This document shows, one piece after another, positions 1 through 11,461 of a DNA stretch of 64,000 nt. This DNA is from the human T2T-CHM13v2.0 reference genome, Homo sapiens. Position numbers and translations under genes: made by a program. Each line of letters opens with the position of its first letter. Position 1 is the first letter of the stretch. The notes below the pieces were generated by a model. That model had not been told where the DNA came from. It saw nothing but the letters and a program-made list of their open reading frames with translations, and searched no databases. The stretch is from the NCBI RefSeq assembly GCF_009914755.1, contig NC_060948.1, one strand, 5' to 3'.

Positions 1-440
1 GCACACAGTAACAGCCCGTGAGAGCAGCCATGGGGGCTAAACCATGCAAAGACACAAGGTTGAAACTTCCCAAAGCATTAGTGTGTCCTGGAAATGGGAC
101 ACAGAGTCAAAAATAATTATTTTGGAGTCTTACAATTCAATAACTCCCATTCTGGGTTTCAGACATGCATGGGTCCTGCAGCCCCTTTCTTTTAACTGAT
201 TTCTTCCTTTTAGAATAGGAATATTTACCCAATGTCTATACCCAATTTATGTCTTCGAATTACCTAACTTGTTTTTATTTTATAGGCTTATAGGAGGAAG
301 GAACTAGCTTTGTCTTAGATGAGACTTTTGACTTTTGAGTTAAGTCTGAAATGAGTTAAGACTTTGGGGATTATTGGGAAGTCATGATTGTATTCTGAAA
401 TATGAGAAGGATATGAGATTTGAAATGGCCAGGGGCAAAA
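1..440 (+). mobile_element. MaLR (MST/THE1) internal sequence, 3' end
   Basis: Resembles the MST/THE1-int 3' portion and ends in a purine tract (ggccaggggcaaaa) immediately before the TG start of an LTR at 441. Confidence 0.75.
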
Positions 441-844
441 TGATATAGTTTGGGTGTGTGTTCCCACCAAAATCTTATATTGAAATGTAAACCTCAACGT
501 TGGAAGTGGGCCTAGTTGGGAGGTGATGGAATCATGAGGGCAGGATTTCCATGAAGAGTTTGGCATCATTTGCTTTGGTGCCATTCCCACAACAGTAAGT
601 TTTCATGAGAGCTGGTCATCTACAAGTGCGTAGCACTTTCCCTTTGCCTTTGCACTTACCATGTGATGTGCAAGCACCGGATTTTTTCTTCACCTTGTCA
701 GTTGTCAGAGGCATCCCCAGAAGCAGGGGCCAGGGCTATGCTTTCTGTACAGCCTCTAGAAACATGAGCCAATTAAACCTATTTTCTTTATAAATTAACC
801 AGTCACCAACTATTTTTATAGCAATGTGAGAATGGCCTAATATA
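441..844 (+). mobile_element. MST-type MaLR LTR (MSTA/MSTB-like)
   Basis: Starts tgatatagtttgggtgtgtgttcccaccaaaatct and ends gcaatgtgagaatggcctaata(t)a, the typical MST termini. Confidence 0.85.
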
Positions 845-1852
845 TCCACCAAAAAACTGTTAGAAGTGATAACTTCAGTAAATTTGCAGAATACAAAATC
901 AACATATACAAATCAGTAGGATTTCTATATGCCAACCATCAACAAACTGAAAAAGAATTCAGAAGAGTAATCCTATTTGCAACAGCCATAAATAAAACAA
1001 AATGTGTGCGAATTTACCAAAGAAATAAAAGTTCTCAACAATTAAAATTGTAGAATACTGATAAAAGAAATGAAAGAGGACACAAAAAATGGAAAGATAT
1101 TTATTTGTTCACAGGTTGGAAGAATCAGTATTTTTAAAAATGTCCATACAATCCAAAGGAATCTATACATTTCATGCCATCTCTATCTAAATAACAATGA
1201 CATTCCTCACAGAAATAGAAAAAACTTCTGCAATGTATATGGAACCACAAAACACCATGATAGTCAAAGCTATGCTGAGTATATAAAACAAAAATGGAGG
1301 AATCCCATTACCTGGTTTTAAATTATACCATCAAGCTATAGTAATTAAAACAGCATGATGCTAGAATAAAAATAGAACATAAAGACCCAAGGAATGAAAT
1401 AGAGAACTTAGAAACAAACTCATGCAGCTAAACTAAACTTATTTTCAACAGAAGTGCTAAGAACATACAACAAAAAATAAGACAGTTTCTGTAATAAGTA
1501 GGGCTGGGAAAACTGGCAAGCCATAGGCAGAAGAATGAAACTAGAACCATATTTCTTGCCACATAAAAAAATCAAATTAAAATAATTAAAGATTTAAACT
1601 TAACACCTCAAACTATCAAAGTTTCACACACAAAAAAATGGGGAAACTCTTTAAAGCATTGGTTTGGGCAAAAATTTCTTAAGTAGTGCCCCATATGCAC
1701 AGACCACAAAAGCAAACATGGACAAATGGAATTACAGCAAGTCAGAAAGCTTTTTTAAAGTGAAGGAAACAATAAACGAAGTGAAGAGAAAACCCACAGA
1801 ATAGGAGGAAACATTTGTAAATTACCCATGTGAAAAGCAATTTATAACCACA

Positions 1853-2523
1853 TGATACGGTTAGGCTTTGTGTCCCCACCCAAATCTCATATTGAATTAA
1901 TCTCCAGGTGTTGAGGGAGTGACCTGGTAGAAGGTGAGAAGGTGATTGGATCATGGAAGTGGTTTCCTCCATGCTCTTCTTCTGATAATGAGTTCTCATG
2001 AGATCTGACGGTTTTATGAGGGGCTCTTCCCCTTTTGCTTCGCATACAGGCTGTCTCACCTGCTGTCATGTAAAGGTGCCTGCTTCCCTGTCTGCCATGA
2101 TTGTAAGTCTCCTGAGGCCTCCCCAGCCATGTGAGTCAATTAAACCTATTTCCTTAAAAATTACCCAATCTCACCAGGCACAGTAGCTCACGCCTATAAT
2201 CCCAGCACTTTGGGAGGCCGAGGTCGGTGGATCACAGGGTCAGGAGTTCAAGACCAGCCTGGCCAAGATGGTGAAACACAGTCTCTACTAAAAATAAAGA
2301 AAATAGCTGGGCATGGTGGCTGGTGCCTGTAATCCCAGCTCCTCAGGAGGCTGAGGCAGATAATTGCTTGGACCCCAGAGGGGAGGTTGCAGTGAGCCGA
2401 GATCGCACCACTTCACTCCAGCCTGGGTGATGGAGCAAGACTTAATCTCAATGAATAAATAGATTAATAAATAATCCAGTCTCTGTTTTTTTTTTAATAG
2501 CAGTGCAGAAACAGACTAATACA
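1853..2523 (+). mobile_element. THE1/MSTA-type solo LTR inserted in L1MA, carrying an Alu
   Basis: tgatacggttaggctttgtgtccccacccaaatctc ... acagactaataca; 5-bp target-site duplication ccaca/ctaca. Confidence 0.88.
2173..2470 (+). mobile_element. Alu (AluS-like)
   Basis: Dimeric Alu with middle A-rich linker and tail; imperfect TSD (acccaatctc/atccagtctc). Confidence 0.93.
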
Positions 2524-3369
2524 CTACATTATATTGAGTTAAAAAAATTCTATAGAAAAATATGTAGTAACCTAATTAAAGAGTGGACAAAAAATTTAAA
2601 TAGACATTTATGAAAAGAAGACATACAAATGGCAAACAGGCAAATGAAAAGATTCTCCACATTACTGATTATTATAGAAATGCAAATCAAACCAAAAATG
2701 AGATATCATTTCACTCCAGTAAGGTGGCTTTTATCCAGAAGTCAGTCAAAAACAAATGCTGGTAATAGCCAAGATTTGGAAGACACCTAAACGTCAATCA
2801 ACGATGACTGGCTAGAGAAAATGTGGTACATATACACAATGGAATACTATTCAGCTATAAGAAAGAATGAGAGTCTGTCATTTGCAATAACGTAAACGAA
2901 ACTGAAAGTCTTTATGTTAAGTGAAATAAGTCAGGCACAGGAAAAACAAATGTCACATGTTCTCACTTATTTGTGACTGCTAAAATTTGAAACAATTGAT
3001 GTCATAGAGATAGAGAGTATAAGGGGGGTTACCTGAGGCTGGGAAGGGCAGTGGGGGAAGAGAAGGATAGTGGGGATGCTAAATGGGTACAAAAAATTGT
3101 TAGAAAGAATGAATAAGGCAGTATTTGATAGCACAACTGGGTGATTACAGTAAATAATAATTTAACTATACATTTTATAAAAACTAAAAGAGTATAACTG
3201 GATTCTTTATAACACAAGCTATAATTGCTCAAGGGGATAGATAGCCCATTTTTTATTATGTATTACTCACTGCATGCCTGTATCAAAGTATGTCATGTAC
3301 CCCTATAAATATATACACCAACTGTGTACCCACAAAAATAAATTAAAAATCAAAATTAAAATTAAAACC

Positions 3370-3505
3370 AAGGGGAGGAGAGTATAATGAGGTATGCGTG
3401 ACCCATGGCTTGAACTTGCTTTTCAGGTTAACTTTGGAAGGTCCTTATCCAAGAAGAGGGGTCCATTTGGTGACTGGAGGCTTAAAAATTAATTTTTAAT
3501 TTATA
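3370..3505 (-). mobile_element. ERV1 MER4-group LTR fragment
   Basis: Reverse complement resembles a MER4-type LTR start (..aagcctccagtcaccaaatggacccc..ttccaaagttaacctgaaaagcaagttcaagccatg). Confidence 0.5.
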
Positions 3506-3821
3506 AGGGGAAAAAGAATTTTTAATCCTGAGCCATAGCTCTCAGTTAATCAATCCCTGCAGGGAACCCTGTTCTTTACTCTGGAGATAAACATTATTTT
3601 TCTTTTCCACTGAATAACACCACATTTCAAAATGATGGAAACATCTTGAAACTAAAAGCCTTATTAAATTTGATTTGGTTTCAATTATACGTAATTAATC
3701 ACATGTGTTCCAGAGTTTGGCCTCAGTCTTCTCCTACTTGAGGCTCACGATCTGTTGAATTTGCTCAGCTCCCTGCTCAACAGCAGGAAATCAGTTAGAA
3801 TTACTTAAAAACCTCATTGTG

Positions 3822-4137
3822 ACTGGAAGCGGTGGCTCATGCCTGTAATCCCAGTAATTTGGGAGGCCAACATGGACAGATCATTTGCTGTCAGGTGTTT
3901 GAGACCAGCCCGGCCAACAGAGACAAACCCCATCTCTACTAAAGATACAAAAATTAACTGGGTGTGGTGATGCATGTCTGTAATTGTAGCTACTTGAGAG
4001 GCTGAGGCAGGAGAATCACTTGAACCTCAGAGGCGGAGGTTTCAGTGAGCCGAGACGGTGCACTGCACTCCAGCCTGGGCAACAGAGAAAGACTCTGTCT
4101 CAAAATAATAACAATAATTAAATAAATATAAATAAAA
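3822..4137 (+). mobile_element. Alu (AluS-like, CpG-decayed)
   Basis: Full dimeric Alu with A-rich tail; flanks aaaacctcat/aaaatctcat look like a TSD. Confidence 0.92.
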
Positions 4138-4352
4138 ATCTCATGTTTCTAACAAAATTTCTTTTGAATATCAATTGTATCAACTTGCATATTAACTATA
4201 ATCATTTTGTTTACTTTATATCTAATCCTGAGAAATCTTTGAGGACTAATTTCACTCTTTTCTGCCATTTTGGTAAATATATCAAATTCCATCAAACAAA
4301 ATGCACAAAATTCCTGAGAAATAAATTTTATCCTTGAGCAGTAGGCTTGCTT

Positions 4353-4917
4353 TGTTAGAGGAAGTCATGGTTACCAAGCTTCTAATTTAATAAACATAAC
4401 TGGAATACTCTATCTTAATATGAGTACCTAGGTACTCACAAAGCATCTAGAAGGTTAATATTTATGGTCTGAAAATAGCCACATTTTTAAGCTGGCCACA
4501 AATTACAGTTGCAGAGTATTTATGGCCATACAAGACAGTTTCCACCAAGCCTGAAAAATGTATAAATATCCTAGGTGTGCAGCATTTTTTCCTTAAAGAT
4601 AATATTAATGAGCTAGCTTAGGTCAATGGGGTAATGATCATTGTTAAAACCAATAGCTCCTGACTTTAGTGAATACATCTGCACCTTCCAAGTTTATTAA
4701 TAACTGTTTCTCTTTATACTTACTTATAAGTAGAGATACTCATAAAAGACAATGCATTCCTGCTTTTGTTTTCTGACGATGCCCAACTCTGCAATGGAGT
4801 CACTTATAATAATCTTGCTTCTTTCACTGTGCTCTCTGATTCACCTCAATTTTTTCCTACACAAGATCTAAGAATCCTACTTTGTGGTCAGTATCAGGAC
4901 CCTCTTTTCCAGCAACA
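4353..4917 (+). mobile_element. ERV1 (class I) 5' LTR, family not assigned
   Basis: TG start (5' boundary uncertain); ends with the ERV1-type U5 ..aagaatcctactttgtggtcagtatcaggaccctcttttccagcaaca; followed by a decayed PBS-like stretch (caacaccttgaagggac). Confidence 0.6.
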
Positions 4918-7900
4918 TCTTTCAGCAACACCTTGAAGGGACACCAAGACAAGACCCCCACTCCAAGGAAAACAATCCATACAGAATCAATCACCTGGCA
5001 AGCAGGCCATCTTTTAGAGTCGTGAAGCCATTCTGGCAGGCAAGAATGATTATCCACTACTACTAAAGTGAGAGGCCCTAGTGCATAATGTTAGGGGGAG
5101 AGACTTAGCCCAAAAAGTTAGAGACCTGGGGGTGTCATACTCAGATTAAACGCCAAGCTCACAAGGTTAGAGGCTCTGGGGTATGTTGAGAGGAATGGAC
5201 TTGGCTAAACAAGATGTTTGCCACTTTCTCTTTTTGGACTGTCCACCTGGTGCTCTCTGTCCCTCACCTGAGTGCTCTGCATCTTGTCACCTTTCGGCTC
5301 ACTGCCTCTGTTTTGTAGTAGTCTGTAGGCTGCCCCATGAAAGAGGACCAAAACAGTTTAGCTTTTACTTTCCTCAATAATCCTCTGACTTTTAGCTGAT
5401 TGCTTATTTAATTTGCCACTGGTCCAAGTGACACTGAAGAAAAGAGGTGTCTTGGAACCTAGTATTTTTTACCTTAATTATCAGAAAAGATCAGCAGTAA
5501 CCTCTCCATCATTATGACTAGAAGTTGAAATGTGGCATTTAACAGTCTTACATGATAAGATCAGATATGCCTGTTTAGTGACAACCTCTTTTATGACAAC
5601 CCTCTGCAAACAATTAGCATCAATATGGAGAACATGAGACGTTTGCTTAAGAGTTTTCTCTTATTTCTTAAGCATAAGATCATCTTTGAAGAGCTGGTAT
5701 AGGGCAGCTGGACCCTACTTTCTAAACCCAGCATGTCATTTTTTCCCTGAAAGTGTGTCAGTTTTGTCATAGCAGTGTGAAAACGGACTAATACATTTCA
5801 ATATACAAGTTACAGCCTTCCCATTTCCCCTGTTTGGTCTGACTCATTCTTTTGCAGCTTAATTTGTTTTATAGAAGAGAAAGTGAAGGGGAGGAAATAC
5901 ATTATACACAGGCATCTCTGATGCTTGGTCAGGATTAAAAAATTAAAATCAGCTTGTATATGTTTGATGGAAGAAAAGACAAAATAGGGACGGCACATAA
6001 TTGATTACCTTTTCAATGCAAGTGCCTCTTAATATCAGGCTTTTCTTAGCTGAGGCTGAACTCTGCACTGCCAGTCCAAGCACCCCATAAGAACGCAGTC
6101 AGGCTCCTTCCAGTTCTGGTGAGGTGTGCAACATGTTATTAATTCCTTCTAGTTTTCCAGGGTAATCTCGTGTCCAGACATCATCTTTGCCCTGCCCTTC
6201 GAGTCCTATCTTACATAGATACCTGAAAACACCCGAGCTTCACCAGAACAACATGCCCTGGGGTCTCTTATCAGCTGGCAAAGTTGAATCTTTGCCCTCT
6301 CTGGGAAGTGGCAAATGATAATAGGGACACTATATAGCTATATGTACCCTTTTCTATGTCTGAATCAGCCACATGCAAGGAAAAACTGAAACAGCTTTCA
6401 GAGGTTCCAGGAAAATTCATAGACAAATTTAAGAGGCTAACCTTGAAGTATGATCTGACCAGGCAAGATTTGCATACATTTATGTTTACCTGACACATGA
6501 TAGAAAAGCAGCGTATTATGGGAGTGACTAGAGCACATGCTAATAGGGCGGCAGCCTGCAACCAGAGACATGGCAACTATCAAGTAGGAGGCACAACAGT
6601 GCCTGAGCAGGAACCAAAAGAGAATTAGGATCTAGAAAAGGGAAATCAATTAGGAAGAAAGTGGGATATACAGAGAAAAAATTATGATCATTTGACTCCT
6701 TGAAGGAATAAAAAAATGCATGATGTAACTTTTTAATTTTTATAAATCTGGAAAATTGCTCAGGGAGAAGATGAATACCTAGCTTTATTACAAGGGTGGA
6801 TAACTTAGACCTTGAGGAAATACACTAACACTGCCCGACTCCAAGAAGGGACAGGCATTGCGACATTGCTAGGAGTTTATTTTATAGCCCAGTCTGCTTC
6901 TGATATCTGCAGGAAGCCGCTGAAAGCAGCCTTAGGGAGTGCTTAGGGACCCAGACTCCCATGGGTCAGCTGTTAGACTTGGCTTTTGCAGTTTTCCATC
7001 ACAGGAATAGGGCAGAGGAAACAAAATAAAGCAAACCTCCCAAGAGGCCAGCTTCTAGCTACAGCCTTGTGCTCTCCACCCCTTCAGAGGCAGCCCCCTT
7101 AACCCCTGGCCGTCACAGAGGAAGTGAGAAGGTAAAAGTCCCAGTCTGTGCCTCTGGCCCACTATGCCTTGGATATAAATCAATGTGACTTCTGTAAGAA
7201 GGTCAGCCACTGCCGAAGGAAATACACTGTGCTTCCAAGGGAGCCATCATCAGCACCCAGCAGATCCAAAAGTGGTAGGGCCTGATACTTCCTGCATCTG
7301 CTCTCATTGGACTATTACCTATCGAGAGATGGAAGAGCCTCAGCCGACTCTTGAAGTGGAAGGTAGGATTATTAACTTCTTATTAAGTATGGGAACAGAT
7401 GACTCCGTCCTGAGTAAATACAATTGGCTCCTGTCTTCTCACGATGGACAAGCCCAAAAACACTGCTTTTCTTATCTTCTAAGTTGTCCTCCAGGGATTC
7501 TGTGTTTCTCACCTGCCTTTTTAGTACTGTCTGAATGCCTGACCTCTTACTGGGGAGAGGTTTATTGAATCAGGAGACTATGTCATGGTCACCTTCACAG
7601 ATCATAAAGCAGAGAAAGTGTTACTTTTGTTCCTGACCCCTCAGGGGAAAAAGAAGTTAAGAATGAGCTGTCACATTTACCACCTGAGCTGTTGTCTCAA
7701 GTAAATCCTAAGGTTTGGGCCACACAAGCTCTGGGAAATGCACTAAACACCTCCCACATTCAAATCCAACTTCAGCCTAGTGCTCCTCACCCTCAGAAGA
7801 GACAATACATTTTAAGGCGAGAAGCATGAGGGGAAATTCAAACCCTTATCGCCATATTATTGTCATATGAGTTATTAAGGCCATGAGAGTCTCCTTACAA

Positions 7901-9092
7901 TACTTGCATGTTACCAGATGAAAAGCCTGATGGAAAATACAGATTTGTCAGAAACCTTACAGCATTAATAAACGCAGTTGTCTCCATACACCTCATTGTC
8001 CCCAATACTTACCCAAGTCCCAGGGGATGCAAAGTGGTTTACATTCTTAAACCTGAAAGATGAATTTTTCTGCATTTCAGTGCATCCAGTTTCACAATAT
8101 GTTTGCCTTAGAATGGACTGATCTGTATATGCATTCAGCCTCAAAATTAACCTGGACAGGCATCTCTGAAGGGTTCTGGGATAGCCCCCACTTATTAGAA
8201 AATGCTCTAGCTAAGGACTTAAGAAATCTACGATTGCAAAGGACACAATTATTCAGTATGCAGGTGACTTGCTCATTGCTAGTCCAACTAAAGAAGACTC
8301 AAATAATAAAACTGTTAAATTGGTAAATTTCCTGGGAATTTGCAAATATAAGATATCACCATACAGGGCTCAGATTTTGACTGAAAGACTTAAATATTTG
8401 GAATCTGTCTTAACCTTTGGAACTGATCAACATCCCTAGAAGATAAAAAGTTATTTTAGTCATGTGAGGGTCCCAGTCCAAGAAATGACTGTTGGGCTGT
8501 TTTAGGAGATGGCTGGGTACTGCTACTTATGGGTACCCAGATTTGGACATGTAGCCAACCCTTATATGATACACTAAAGAGAAAGATTTAGAGCTCCTAG
8601 AATGTAATTAGAGCTACAAGCAAAACTTCAATACTTTTAAGGAGAAATTGGGCTCTGCTGCAGTTGTGGGAGTCCCCAGGTTGGATCAACCATTTGTGCT
8701 TTATGTGGCCAAAAAGCAAGGCATAGGCCTTCGGTAATCTTGTCACAAAACTGGGGAATATTCCAAGGCCAGTAACCTAATTTTCTAAGCAGATAGACCA
8801 GGTGGCCTCAGGGTGGTCTTAATGTCTTAGAGCTATTGCTGCTACAACTTTTCTAGTAGGTAAAACTAATAAACTAACATTAGGACAGCACCTACAGGTT
8901 TTTGACCCCACATCAAGGGAAGGTCTTCCTAGAAGCTAAATGGCACCAGTGGATAATAGGAGAATATTTATGAAGGTATCAGGCCTAATTGCTAGACACT
9001 CCAGACATAACTCTTAAAGCCTGTCAAACCATAAACACAGCTACTTATCTGCCAGAGTCCACAGGTGCTCCCAGCCTTTCTGGCATACAGGT

Positions 9093-9568
9093 TGTATCAG
9101 TCTATTCTCATGCTACTAATAAACACATATCTGAGGCTGGGTAATTTATAAAGAAAAGAGGTTTAATTGACTCACAGTTCTACATGATTGTGGAGGCCTC
9201 ACACTCACGGCAGAAGGCAAATGAGGAGCAAAGTCACATCTCTTACATGGCAGCAGGCAAAAGAGATTGTGTAGGGAAACTCCCTTTTATAAAGCCACCA
9301 GCTGTAATCCCATCATTTTGGGAGGCCAAGGTGGTGGATCACCTGAGGTCAGGAGTTTGAGACCAGCCTGGCAAACATGGTGAAATCCCATCTGTACTAA
9401 AACTACAAAAATTAGCCAGGCATGGTGGTGGGCACCTGTAATCTCAGCTACTCAGGAGGCTGAGACAGGAGAATAGCTGGAACTTGGAAGTCAGAAGTTG
9501 CAGGGAGCTGAGATCATGCTATTGCGTTCTAGCCTGGGCAGCAGAGAAAGACTATGTCTCAAAAATAA

Positions 9569-9599
<31 letters not shown>

Positions 9600-9766
9600 C
9601 AAACCATTAGATCTCATGAGGCTTATTCACTGTCACGAGAACAGCATGGGAAAGACTCATCCCCCAATTCAATTACCTCCCCCTGGGTCACTGCCATGAT
9701 ATATGGGAATTATGGGAGCTACAATTCAAGATAAGATTTGACTGGGGACACAGCAAAATCATGTCA
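9093..9766 (-). mobile_element. THE1 solo LTR inserted in ERV pol, carrying an Alu
   Basis: tgtatcagtctattctcatgctactaataaa ... ggggacacagcaaaatcatgtca; perfect 5-bp TSD caggt at 9088-9092 and 9767-9771. Confidence 0.9.
9302..9600 (+). mobile_element. Alu (AluSx-like, slightly 5'-truncated)
   Basis: ctgtaatcccatcattttgggaggccaag.. cacctgaggtcaggagtttgagacc..; (AAAT)n tail; TSD aaagccaccag/aaaccattag. Confidence 0.92.
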
Positions 9767-11338
9767 CAGGTTATAAAACAAATTTATTCTAGGAGGCCAG
9801 ACTTACAAGAGATGAGCCCCTTGCCCCTTGACCATCCCAAGGAAGAGTGGTTAACAGACGCAAGTTCTTTTTTGCATCAGGGAAAACAGAAGAGCTAGAT
9901 ATACTTATTAGCACAAGAGAATCAAGGCACAAGCATTGCTGGCCTCTACCTCAGCTCAGAAAGCTGAGTTAATTGAACTTACTAGGCCCCTGCAGTTGGT
10001 AAAGCATTTAAACGTTAACACTTACACTGATTCCAACTATGATTTTTTAGTGCTTCATTCTTACGCTGCAATTTGGAATGGGTAACTACCCCTGGCTCCC
10101 AAGGGCTTTTCCATAGAACATCATTCAGATTTTTAGCTTCTTAGAATGCTGTTTTGCTGCCAAAACTGACTATAATTAATTGCAGAGGTCATCAAAACAG
10201 AGACGGACCATGTAAAAGGAAATGCCCTGGTAGATGCTGCAGTCAAGGCCCCTGGACTGAAAAGGCCAATTAAGCTATGGGTGTGCTGATTAGCATTCAC
10301 AGAACATAGGGTCAGAATACTCTGAAGAAGTACAAAATTGGGCCAGGGATTGCAGTTCAGTCCAGGACCCCTCTGGCCCGCTGAACGATGGTAATAAATT
10401 ACTAATGCCAAGTACCAATCATAGGAATATAATTCAGCACTTTATGATTATTTTCATCCTAGAAGAGATTCTTTGTTTCTGTTAATATCTCATTTGTTTA
10501 TAGGGGTAAATCTTTTCAAGACAATAAAACAGGTGGCTCACCCCTGTGAGCTCTGCGCCTGACATGTCCCAAAGGCCAGCAATTTTCTCCTTCTCCAGTT
10601 AAACGTGTCCAATATTGATGAATCTATCCAGGTGAGAACTGGCAACTCTAATTTACTCAGATGTCTTTCTGCAGGAGATTCAAATATTTGCTAACTCTTA
10701 CTGATACCTTCACTGGTTAGATCGTTGCCAGAAGAAATAACTTATCAGTCTGAGTAATCTAAAAGCCTGCAAAGTGACAATGGTCCATTTTCAGTGTATC
10801 CCAACACCTATCCTCAGCTTTAGGAATCCAGTATTACTTTCACTCTGCGTAAAGACCGCAGTCCTCTGGAAAGGTGAAAGGGCTAATCCTACTCTAAAGA
10901 AGACTCATGCTAAATCAAATGCCTAATATCTCTAACACCCATAACTTACTGAGGGTTTGAACTGCTCCAAAGTAAAACTTACCATTAAGTCTTGTTGTGT
11001 TTACATATGGAAGGCCTTTCCTACCACAGATCTCCCAATAGATGAAAAGACTCATCAAGTACAAAAATATGTCATCAGTCTAGGATAGGTGCAAGGCACT
11101 CTGTGAATACCGAAATAAGAGGCTTCCCCTCCCACATGGGAGGAAAATTCAGTTTCATGTCAGCTAGGGATTTAATCTTAGTAAAGACGAGGGAGGAAGT
11201 TCTCCAGCTGACCAGCTTTCCCCAACGTGGAAAGGACCACAGCAAGGCCACCTGAGCTCCCCAGCAGACGTTCAGCTCCAAGGGACTCACAGGTGGGTAC
11301 ACCTGTGTGGAAGTAAAGCTGTTGCTTATTCTGGGAGC

Positions 11339-11461
11339 CCAATCCGAGGTTGAGGGAGGCGGGCGAGGGTCTATTTAAATGTTGGCAGAGGGCGGGCTGG
11401 GTCGCTGCACATCTGCTCTTCCTTCTCGCATTTCTCCTGCCGCCCTAATCCCGCCTTGGCC
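11339..11461 (+). promoter_or_regulatory. Beta-tubulin-type core promoter and 5' UTR (CCAAT, GC boxes, TATA)
   Basis: CCAAT at 11339-11343, GGGAGGCGGGCG at ~11353-11364, TATTTAAAT at 11372-11380, GGGCGGG at ~11389, Kozak-like GCCATGA at the tubulin ATG (11462). Confidence 0.65.

Larger units (their letters stand above)
845..3367 (+). mobile_element. L1MA-type LINE-1, 3' part of ORF2 plus 3' UTR and A-tail (interrupted by a THE1 LTR)
   Basis: Decayed ORF2-like peptide (KEDTKNGK..CSQVGRISIFK); L1MA-type 3' UTR (aatgggtacaaaaaattgttagaaagaatgaataag); A-rich tail at ~3335-3367. Confidence 0.85.
4918..11333 (+). mobile_element. Decayed class I (gamma-like) ERV internal region: leader, gag (~6150-7260), pro (~7330-7600), pol RT/RNaseH/IN (~7700-11333); no env or 3' LTR
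   Basis: Capsid YVPFSMSE..PGKFIDKFKRLTLKYDLT; zinc knuckle NQCDFCKKVSH; protease LEVEGRIINFLLSMGTDDSVL; RT remnants (EGFWDSPHL, QYAGDLL); RNase H SAQKAELIELTR; integrase C-terminus WKGPQQ..SSP..VQLQG..WVHL. Many stops and frameshifts. Confidence 0.88.
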
